The notes beneath the pieces were generated by a model. That model saw nothing but the letters and a program-made list of their open reading frames with translations, did no database searches and was not told where the DNA came from. Below, piece after piece: positions 56,987 to 64,000 of a stretch of DNA of 64,000 bases. Position 1 is the stretch's first letter; every line of letters begins with the position of its first letter. This DNA comes from Myxococcota bacterium. Its GTDB lineage: Bacteria; Myxococcota_A; UBA9160; SZUA-336. Where the stretch lies: the NCBI GenBank assembly GCA_965247115.1, contig CBDFGR010000003.1, positions 1,280,001-1,344,000 of the forward strand, read 5' to 3'. Both the position numbers and the translations under genes were made by a program.

Positions 56987-57984
56987 AGCGCTGGTTGCTG
57001 ATCGGTCTCGCCGCCGCCCTCGCGGGCGCCAGCTCGATGGGCTGGGTCGCATCGAGGCTCTGGGTCCCCGCCGACCCCGGAGGCAATGACAGCGTGTTCC
57101 GGATCGGCTCGGGAGACACGCTGCGCGTGGTCGCCGAGCGCCTCCACGGCTCGGAGCTGATCCGCCTCGAGCCCTGGATCCTGGTGACCTGGGGCCAGCT
57201 CACGGGAGCGGAGCGCTCGATCAAGAGCGGCGAGTACGATCTGACCCCGCGCATGACGCCAGCGCAGATCCTTGCAAAGCTCGTGTCCGGGAACGTCAAG
57301 ACCCATCCCGTCACACTGCCCGAGGGCATCCGCCTGGACGAGGTCGCGGAGCGCCTCGAGCGCGCGCAGATCGTCGACGCGGGGGAGTTCCTCGAATACG
57401 CACGTCAAGCAGAGCTCGCACGCTCGCTCGGCATAGAAGGGGAGAGCTTCGAGGGCTACATCTACCCCGAGACCTACCGCTTCCGCCGGCCCACGCCGCC
57501 GGGAGAAATCCTGGAACGCACCGTGACCGAGTTCCTCAGCCGAGTGACGGACGAGGACCGCGCGCAGATCGAGGATTCCGGTCGCTCGCTACACGAGATC
57601 GTGACGCTCGCTTCGATCGTGGAGAAGGAGACCGCAGTCGAGTCCGAGCGTGCGCTGATCGCAGCGGTGTTCTGGAACCGGCTCCGCAAGCGCATGCGCC
57701 TCCAGTCCGATCCCACCGTGATCTACGGGCTGATCGAGACCCAAGGCCACTTCGACGGGGACATCCGCTACCGGGACCTGCGCGCGGACAACCCCTACAA
57801 CACCTACACGCGGGGCGGCCTACCCCCAGGCCCGATCGCCAACACCACCATCGAGTCCGTCCGTTCCGTCCTCGACCCCGCCGACGTCTCCTACCTCTAC
57901 TTCGTCTCCCGCAACGACGGCACCCACGAATTCTCGACGACGCTCACCCAACACACCAAAGCGGTGGAGCGGTACCAGCGTTAA
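56983..57984 (+). CDS. mltG: Endolytic transglycosylase
   Basis: VTLPEG, EGYIYPETY, LASIVEKET, RLQSDPTVIYG, YNTY..GLPPGPIAN, YLYFVS. Confidence 0.95.
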   Translation: MKRWLLIGLAAALAGASSMGWVASRLWVPADPGGNDSVFRIGSGDTLRVVAERLHGSELIRLEPWILVTWGQLTGAERSIKSGEYDLTPRMTPAQILAKLVSGNVKTHPVTLPEGIRLDEVAERLERAQIVDAGEFLEYARQAELARSLGIEGESFEGYIYPETYRFRRPTPPGEILERTVTEFLSRVTDEDRAQIEDSGRSLHEIVTLASIVEKETAVESERALIAAVFWNRLRKRMRLQSDPTVIYGLIETQGHFDGDIRYRDLRADNPYNTYTRGGLPPGPIANTTIESVRSVLDPADVSYLYFVSRNDGTHEFSTTLTQHTKAVERYQR

Positions 57985-57985
57985 C

Positions 57986-58630
57986 CTACGACGGTATGGC
58001 GAGCTGCTGGAACGCTGCGCCCGGCGGTCCTTCCGCCAGGCGCTGCCGGATCTCTCCGGCGCAGCCCTCCGGACTCCGCAGGGACGTATCCACCTCCAGA
58101 TCATAGACCCCGGGCTTGTGAACCTCCTCCTGCCAGAGGAGAACGGGTGGGGGAAACGGTTCGTCGGGCGAACCAACCACATACCTTCCGGGCGGGCTTT
58201 CGTTGCGACGCTTCATGATCACCTCGATCGGGCAGCGTACGCCGACGAACAGGACGGGCAGTCCCGTGAGCCGTCGCGCACAATCACTCAACAGGCCAGG
58301 GTGGATGGCGCCGTGGTGACCGCCCTCCGTAACGACGTTGAGACCCAACCTACTGTGCGCCACGATCGACTCGTACAGTGCTGCGTAGAACGTTGGCACG
58401 AGCCGCTCCAGCTCCGGATTGTCGCCGCCGAAACCTGGTCCCGGGCCGGGCCGGAGACCGATCCCGGGCTGATATCGCACCGGTGTGACGCCTCTCGCGA
58501 ACACGTCCACGCCCAGGTTCATCCAGACGCCCTCGAACGTATCTTGGATGACCCTGACGATGCTGGACTTCCCGGCTCGAGGTGCGCCGTTCAGGATCAC
58601 GATCTGGCCCGGTGCGGCCTGCTCTTCCAT
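57986..58630 (-). CDS. Chloramphenicol phosphotransferase (CPT)-like P-loop kinase
   Basis: ILNGAPRAGKSS, WMNLGVD, LFVGVRCP, YDLEVDTS. Confidence 0.8.
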   Translation of the reverse strand: MEEQAAPGQIVILNGAPRAGKSSIVRVIQDTFEGVWMNLGVDVFARGVTPVRYQPGIGLRPGPGPGFGGDNPELERLVPTFYAALYESIVAHSRLGLNVVTEGGHHGAIHPGLLSDCARRLTGLPVLFVGVRCPIEVIMKRRNESPPGRYVVGSPDEPFPPPVLLWQEEVHKPGVYDLEVDTSLRSPEGCAGEIRQRLAEGPPGAAFQQLAIPS

Positions 58631-58668
58631 GGATAATGCCTGCCCGGGCAAAGATCGTACTGCAAGGA

Positions 58669-58779
58669 GTCGGAGGTCGGGAACATCGCCCGCCGGATCG
58701 TGTAGCGCTGTCCGAGGCGTACTAGACGCGGGTCCAGTTGAGTAGCGAGATCAGGCGGGGGATGTTCCCGACCTCCGAC
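58669..58779. repeat. 111-bp element with 31-bp terminal inverted repeats
   Basis: GTCGGAGGTCGGGAACATCGCCCGCCGGATC (58669-58699) versus the reverse complement of 58749-58779 gives 29 of 31 matches, with a 49-bp spacer. Confidence 0.85.
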
Positions 58780-58803
58780 GGCGTGAGTTGTGTAGGCCGA
58801 TAC

Positions 58804-59835
58804 CTATGTAGGCATTGCGACTTCGCGGAGGAGGCCCAGCGAGTCGAGAACGTTGCCGGCGCCGTTGGCGACGGCGGTGAAGGGGTCGTCGCCGCGGACG
58901 ATCGGGAGTTTGGTCTCGTTGCGGAGCAGCTGGTCGAAGTCGCGCAGGAGCGCGCAGCCGCCGACCAGGACGATGCCACGATCGACGATGTCGGCAGCTA
59001 GCTCCGGAGGTGTGCGCTCCAGGGTCTGCAGCACCGTGTCGACGATCTGGTGGATCGGCTCGGAGAGGGCTTCGCGGACCTCGTCGCTGGAGATCACGAT
59101 CATCTTCGGGATGCCGCCGACCAGATCGCGACCCTTGATCTCCATCGTCTTCACGGGACCATCGCCCGTGGCCGTTCCGATCGTGATCTTGATGATCTCC
59201 GCGCTGCGTTCGCCCACGAGCAAGTTGTGCTTGCGTTTCACGTACTGGATGATCGCCTCGTCGAGCTTGTCGCCCCCGACCCGAACGGAGCTCGAAGTCA
59301 CGATGCCGGCCAGGGAGATGACTGCAACGTCGGTCGTTCCCCCGCCCACGTCGATCACCATATTGCCCGTGGGTTGAACTACGTCCAGGCCCGCTCCGAT
59401 CGCGGCCGCCATCGGCTCTTCGATCAGGTAGACCTCGCGCGCGCCGGCCGAGGTGGCGGACTCGCGGACGGCTCTCTTCTCGACGGACGTGATACAGGGG
59501 GGCACGCAGATGACGATGCGGGGCCGCACGAGGCGGCGGCGGTTGTGCGCCTTCTGGATGAAGTAGCGCAGCATCGCCTCGGTAACCTCGAAGTCGGCAA
59601 TGACGCCATCCTTGATCGGACGAATGGCGGTGATGCTCCCAGGAGTGCGGCCGACCATCTCCTTGGCCTCGCTGCCGACCGCGAGCACTTTGCGCGAAAC
59701 TCCGTTCGCGATCGCCACGACTGATGGCTCGCTGCAGATGATCCCGCGTCCCCGTGCGTACACCAGAGTGTTTGCGGTGCCGAGATCGATGGCCAGGTCG
59801 TTGGATAGCAGTCCGGCGAGCCAGCTAAAGACCAT
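58804..59835 (-). CDS. mreB: Rod shape-determining protein MreB
   Basis: DLAIDLGTANT, RPIKDGVIADF, IEEPMAAAIGAG, DVGGGTT, TPPELAADI. Confidence 0.96.
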   Translation of the reverse strand: MVFSWLAGLLSNDLAIDLGTANTLVYARGRGIICSEPSVVAIANGVSRKVLAVGSEAKEMVGRTPGSITAIRPIKDGVIADFEVTEAMLRYFIQKAHNRRRLVRPRIVICVPPCITSVEKRAVRESATSAGAREVYLIEEPMAAAIGAGLDVVQPTGNMVIDVGGGTTDVAVISLAGIVTSSSVRVGGDKLDEAIIQYVKRKHNLLVGERSAEIIKITIGTATGDGPVKTMEIKGRDLVGGIPKMIVISSDEVREALSEPIHQIVDTVLQTLERTPPELAADIVDRGIVLVGGCALLRDFDQLLRNETKLPIVRGDDPFTAVANGAGNVLDSLGLLREVAMPT

Positions 59836-59918
59836 ATTTTCGCTCCGGATTCAAAGAGAAGGGACCCCCAATTGCATCGGCAACACAGCCTGGAACTGGA
59901 GCAACTCGGCAGCAGGTT

Positions 59919-60263
59919 CTAGCGGCCGCTCTCGATGGGCCGGCTCAAGAGGTCCAGGACGGCCTCCACGCCCACCCGTGCCTCGCCCACGCGCTTCTCG
60001 TGGGCGGTAATCGTGGCGCGCTGGTTCGCGATCGTCGCCTCGCGATCAACGACCGCCTGCTTGAGCGCTCGCGCCTCAGTCTCGAGCACGTCAATGCGGT
60101 TGCCGAGCTGCAAGCGACTCCACACGAGCAGCGCGAGCGCGACGCTGAGGGCCAGGGCGAGCAACACCGTCATGCGCGACAGCCTGGGCTCAGGGCCTCG
60201 CTCGGAGCGCTCCGCGTCAGCTGGCGGCGGAACAGTGCGGAGCCGCGGCTCAGGCTCGGACAC
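59919..60263 (-). CDS. Hypothetical single-pass membrane protein with coiled coil
   Basis: One hydrophobic helix (VLLALALSVALALLVW) then a heptad-like segment; starts a few bases after the pafA stop. Confidence 0.6.
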   Translation of the reverse strand: MSEPEPRLRTVPPPADAERSERGPEPRLSRMTVLLALALSVALALLVWSRLQLGNRIDVLETEARALKQAVVDREATIANQRATITAHEKRVGEARVGVEAVLDLLSRPIESGR

Positions 60264-60268
60264 GGAGC

Positions 60269-61675
60269 TCAGCTCTGGATGACCAGCTTCGAGAGCGAGG
60301 TCCGGCGCAGGTTCGTCTTCTGGATCGTGCGCACGAGCTCGGTCACCTTCTCGGTGTCGGTCTCGAACGGATTGTTGCAGATGACGCGAACGTTCAAGAG
60401 GTTGCCAAGGCGGATGTTCGACCAGTCGAGGTCGTACTGGATGTTGTTCTGCCGTGCCAGCTTGATGAAGTCGCCGCGCATGCGCGCGCGCGTGTCCTGC
60501 GGAGGCTCAGTCTTGGCCTTCTCGATCTCCGAGTCCGAGAACATCCGATCGACGATACCTTTCCGCTCCAGCAAGTAGAAGAAGCCACGGTCCTGGCGGA
60601 TGTCGTGGTACTGCAGGTCCAGCATGAAGACGCGCGGGTCGTGCCAGGAGATCTCGTGGCGATCCACGTACTGGCGCAGCAGCTTGCGCTTGATCACCCA
60701 GTCGATCTTCCGGTCGAGCTCGTCGGGATCGCGCTCCAGGCTCGTGAGCACGGAATCCCACTCCACGACTCCCTCCTGTAGCTGATCGCTCACGGGGTAC
60801 TGCTCGATGTGCCGCTTTGCCATCTCGCAGTACTCGCGCTGGATCTCGATCGGCGAGTACTCCCGCCCGTTCTCGAGGCGCAGCTTCTTGCGGCACGTCG
60901 TGTCGTAGGAGATGTCCTTGATCGCCTTGACCGGGTGCCGGAGCGTGAAGTCCTTGGTAATGAAGCCGTCCTCGATCATCTGCAGGACGATCGCGCAGGT
61001 CGAGAGCTTCAGGAAGTTTGTGTACTCGGACATGTTCGAGTCGCCAACGATCACGTGCAGGCGTCGATACTTCTCGCGGTCCGCGTGCGGCTCGTCGCGG
61101 GTGTTGATGATCGAGCGGTCGTTCGTGGTGGTACCCGAGATCTTCTGATAGATGTGCTGTGCGCGCTGGCTGATGCAGTAGTGCACGCCGTCCTGCGTCT
61201 GAAACACCTTGCCGGCGCCGGAGAAGATCTGGCGCGTGACCAGGAACGGGATCAGCTGCTCGGCCAGGTAGTAGAAGTCCACGTCCCGATCGACCAGGTA
61301 GTTCTCGTGGCAGCCGTAGCTGTTTCCCACGAAGTCCGTGTTGTTCTTGAAGATCGAGAGCTTGCCGGGGACTCGCTCCTCGCGGATCTTCTCCTCGGCG
61401 TAGAGCTGCAGGTCCTCCAGGATGCGCTCGCCAGCGCGGTCGAAGATCACCAGGTCCTTCGGGCTCGCGCACTCCGGCGAGGCGTACTCGGGATGGCAGC
61501 CGGTGTCCTGGTAGAAGCGGGCACCGTTCTCGAGGAAGACGTTGAGGAAGTGCTCCGTCGTGATGAGCTTCTCGAACAGGAACCGGATCGCCTTCTCCAC
61601 CGGGAGCGTCTTACGCCCCTCGGGCGTGAAGATGATCCCGTACTCGGTCTCCAGTCCGTAGATTCTCTTCTGCAC
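60269..61675 (-). CDS. pafA: Pup--protein ligase
   Basis: RIYGLETEYG, FLENGARFYQDTGCHPEYA, GNSYGCHENYL, INTRDEPHAD, RRLHVIVGDSNMSE, LDLQYHDI, PPQDTRA; downstream of prcA. Confidence 0.93.
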   Translation of the reverse strand: MQKRIYGLETEYGIIFTPEGRKTLPVEKAIRFLFEKLITTEHFLNVFLENGARFYQDTGCHPEYASPECASPKDLVIFDRAGERILEDLQLYAEEKIREERVPGKLSIFKNNTDFVGNSYGCHENYLVDRDVDFYYLAEQLIPFLVTRQIFSGAGKVFQTQDGVHYCISQRAQHIYQKISGTTTNDRSIINTRDEPHADREKYRRLHVIVGDSNMSEYTNFLKLSTCAIVLQMIEDGFITKDFTLRHPVKAIKDISYDTTCRKKLRLENGREYSPIEIQREYCEMAKRHIEQYPVSDQLQEGVVEWDSVLTSLERDPDELDRKIDWVIKRKLLRQYVDRHEISWHDPRVFMLDLQYHDIRQDRGFFYLLERKGIVDRMFSDSEIEKAKTEPPQDTRARMRGDFIKLARQNNIQYDLDWSNIRLGNLLNVRVICNNPFETDTEKVTELVRTIQKTNLRRTSLSKLVIQS

Positions 61676-61682
61676 CGCTACC

Positions 61683-62372
61683 CTACCTACCGACGAGTTC
61701 CTTGATCTCGGGCTCTGCCAAACGTCTGAACTTACGGCCTTCGCGCGAGCGCTCCAGGATTGCAATCTCCAGCACTTGCTCGTCCAGGTCCGCCTCCTCC
61801 GTTCCGTCTCCCGCGGAGGAGAGCGCCTTGCGTCCCAGCACGACCGCCTCGTCCAGACTCAGGGTAGCTTTCCAGCCGTTCTTGAGCACGCCCATGAGCT
61901 CGTCCGGGTCGCCGCCGATCGACACGAAGTGGTCGTGGTCCGTCAGGCTGCCGTCATACAGGATGCGGTAGAACGACACGGAATCGTCGCCGATCTCGGA
62001 AACGAGGATCTCGACCTCGAGGGACTTCATCTCGCGCGTGAAGATCGACCCGAGGACAGTCGAGTACTCGTTCGCCAGGCTCTTTCCCGACACGTCTTCC
62101 CGGGAGTAGGAATAGCCCTGCATGTCCGCGTAGCGAATCCCCGCCTTCCGCAGGTTCTCGTACTCGTCCAGCTTCCCGACGCCCCCGAACGCGATGCGAT
62201 CGTAGATCTCGGCGATCTTGCGCAGGCCCGAGCTGCGGTTCTCCGCCAGCATGACGACTCCGCCCTCGTACTCGAGCGCGACCATCGGTCGGCCGCGGCT
62301 GATCCCCTTGCGCGCGTACTCGGCCTTCTCCTGGTAGTGCTGCTCCGGCGAGATGTAGAAGGGAGAACTCAC
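61683..62372 (-). CDS. prcA: 20S proteasome alpha subunit
   Basis: PFYISPEQ, YARKGISRGR, KIAEIYDRIAFGGVG, YSYSREDV. Confidence 0.95.
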   Translation of the reverse strand: MSSPFYISPEQHYQEKAEYARKGISRGRPMVALEYEGGVVMLAENRSSGLRKIAEIYDRIAFGGVGKLDEYENLRKAGIRYADMQGYSYSREDVSGKSLANEYSTVLGSIFTREMKSLEVEILVSEIGDDSVSFYRILYDGSLTDHDHFVSIGGDPDELMGVLKNGWKATLSLDEAVVLGRKALSSAGDGTEEADLDEQVLEIAILERSREGRKFRRLAEPEIKELVGR

Positions 62373-62375
62373 AAT

Positions 62376-63158
62376 CTAGGTCTCTCCCCGCCGCTCGATG
62401 ACCCGGTGGTAGCCGGCGAGAAGGGACTCCTCCGACACGTCTTCGACAGTGCCGTCCGTAACGAGCTTGCAGATCGGATAGATCTTGCGAACGATGTCGA
62501 AACCGCCGGTCGCCCGATCTTCGTCCGCTGCGTCCACGAGCGCCTCGACGGCCGCCTCGACAGCGTTCTCCACGGAGAAGTCGCGGTGGCGGAACGTCTT
62601 CTTCAGGCTGGAGCGAGCGTCTTTGCCGCCAGAGCCCGTCGCGTAGTAGTCCTCTTCGCTGTAGCGCCCGCCCGTGATGTCGAACTTGTAGATCCGACCA
62701 CGGCCCTTCTGGTGGTCGTAGCCACAGAAGAGCGGCATCACGACCAGGCCCTGCATCGCGGCCGGTAGGTTCTGCCGCAGCAGAAAGGAGAGCCGGTTCG
62801 CCTTTCCTTCGAAGGTCAGGGCCTTGTCCTCGAGCTTCTGGTAGTGCTCGAGCTCGAGACGGAACACCTTCATCATCTCGACCGCGGGGCCAGCCGCACC
62901 CGCGATGGCCATGAGACAGGTTTCGTCGATCTTGAACACCTTCTCGATGTCGCGCGCACCGACCTGGCTGCCTTCGGTCGCCAGGCGGTCGCCGGCCATC
63001 AGCACGCCATCCTCGTACACGAGCGACAGAACGGTCGTCGCCACGGGCAGCTCGAGTCCGGTCCAATCACCGCGATCAAAGTCTGGCAGCAGCGCCGGAT
63101 GATCGACCCGAAGGAACTCCAGAAAGCTCGAGCCTGAGTAGGTCTGGCCCTTGAACAC
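62376..63158 (-). CDS. prcB: 20S proteasome beta subunit with propeptide
   Basis: Propeptide SSFLEFL; mature TTVL...AGDR (Thr1, Asp17, Lys33), ELEHYQKLE, ATGSGG, DAADEDRATGG. Confidence 0.95.
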   Translation of the reverse strand: MFKGQTYSGSSFLEFLRVDHPALLPDFDRGDWTGLELPVATTVLSLVYEDGVLMAGDRLATEGSQVGARDIEKVFKIDETCLMAIAGAAGPAVEMMKVFRLELEHYQKLEDKALTFEGKANRLSFLLRQNLPAAMQGLVVMPLFCGYDHQKGRGRIYKFDITGGRYSEEDYYATGSGGKDARSSLKKTFRHRDFSVENAVEAAVEALVDAADEDRATGGFDIVRKIYPICKLVTDGTVEDVSEESLLAGYHRVIERRGET

Positions 63159-63160
63159 TC

Positions 63161-63367
63161 CTACTCGCCCCCTCTCTGCACGTAGTTCTTAACGAACTCT
63201 TCCGCGTTCTCCTCGAGGACCTCGTCGATCTCGTCCATCAAGGAGTCCATCTCTTCTTTGAGCTCCTCGCCCTTCTTGGCGATCTTCTTCTGCCCGCCTG
63301 AGTCGGCGGACTCGGAGGCATCGGAACCGTCGCCTCCCTGCCGCTGCTTCTGGGTCTGATCGCTCAT
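63161..63367 (-). CDS. pup: Prokaryotic ubiquitin-like protein Pup (C-terminal GGE)
   Basis: DSLMDEIDEVLEENAEEFVKNYVQRGGE; SD GAGGAG. Confidence 0.96.
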   Translation of the reverse strand: MSDQTQKQRQGGDGSDASESADSGGQKKIAKKGEELKEEMDSLMDEIDEVLEENAEEFVKNYVQRGGE

Positions 63368-63377
63368 GCTTCTCTCC

Positions 63378-64000
63378 TCACGCCGTCAGATTGCGAACGA
63401 GGTCCTCCGCCGAGGGGCTGGCATCCAGAAGCTCCTCCACGTGCGACTTCGTTCCCTTCAACGGCTCGTTCATCAGGATCCGCTTGATGACCTCGTCTCC
63501 CACGTTGAAGGAGATCGAGTCCCAATTGACTCCGAACACCGATCCAGGATAGCGCCGAATGCACTCGCCCCGAAAGAAGGCTCGCGTGTCGTCCGGAGGC
63601 GCGTGGATGGCCCGTTCGACGGCCTCGTCGTCAATGATCCGGTCGACATCTCCGCGCCGCTCGAGCAGATGGTAGAGCCCCTTGTCCGGGCGCACGTCGT
63701 GGTACTGCAGGTCGAGCATCGCCACTCGGGGGCTGTTCCAGTCGAGCTCGTGCTTGTTCACGTACTCGCTGATCAGCTTGTGCTTGATCACCCAGTCCAC
63801 TTCGCGATCGCACTGGAACGGATCCTCGGCGATCCTCTCGATCAGAGATTCCCAGCGGGTCAGCACGTCCTTGGTGATGGGATCGATCTCGCGCGAGCTA
63901 AAGTATCGCAGCGCCATCTCCAGGTACTCCTGCTGCACCTGGGCGGCGGTCAGGCGTCCGCCCCGATCCATGGGGTACTCGCGCCTACAGTCGATGTCGT
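63378..64000 (-). CDS. dop: Depupylase/deamidase Dop, 5' part off-window
   Basis: VDWVIKH, LDLQYHDVRPDKGLY, PPDDTRAFFRG, NWDSI, EPLKGTK; directly upstream of pup. Confidence 0.88.
   Translation of the reverse strand, partial: DIDCRREYPMDRGGRLTAAQVQQEYLEMALRYFSSREIDPITKDVLTRWESLIERIAEDPFQCDREVDWVIKHKLISEYVNKHELDWNSPRVAMLDLQYHDVRPDKGLYHLLERRGDVDRIIDDEAVERAIHAPPDDTRAFFRGECIRRYPGSVFGVNWDSISFNVGDEVIKRILMNEPLKGTKSHVEELLDASPSAEDLVRNLTA

Noticed and set aside
63161..63367. UBact rather than Pup
   Set aside because: The DEIDEVLEENAEEFV..YVQ.GGE signature and the dop-pup-prcBA-pafA order are those of Pup.

Overview
This is a high-GC chromosomal window from a diderm (Gram-negative) bacterium. BamD, lipoproteins, PilT and the gene order suggest a Myxococcota/Deltaproteobacteria-like organism, which is an inference. 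From left to right it holds: a single-chain biotin-dependent acyl-CoA carboxylase (runs off the left edge); an alternative complex III operon (actABCDEF); a GntR regulator divergent from an operon for a crotonyl-CoA carboxylase/reductase-like enzyme, an EVE protein and an acyl-CoA ligase; an HNH endonuclease gene bracketed by related CCCCCGGGGG palindromes; carbon and acyl-CoA metabolic genes; a long housekeeping block (ispE, tRNA-Gln, prs, rplY, pth, hppA, rpsF, rpsR, rplI, dnaB, ldcA, serine hydrolase, mpl, efp); bamD; alaS; pgpA (frameshifted), cinA, thpR, recA, pilT; ruvX-mltG; mreB; and an actinobacterial-type Pup-proteasome operon (dop, pup, prcB, prcA, pafA) that runs off the right edge. 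The most notable unexplained structure is a dispersed ~90-bp three-hairpin repeat. It has 7 copies with compensatory base changes, forms two inverted doublets, and one copy is fused into a gene's 3' end. Other notable items are the palindrome-flanked HNH element, a divergent CCR-like enzyme, the Pup-proteasome system in a diderm, EF-P with Asn34, an ispE stop codon inside a tRNA, and many apparently leaderless starts. No CRISPR array, rRNA or recognisable transposase was seen. All calls come from reading motifs by eye; no searches were run.
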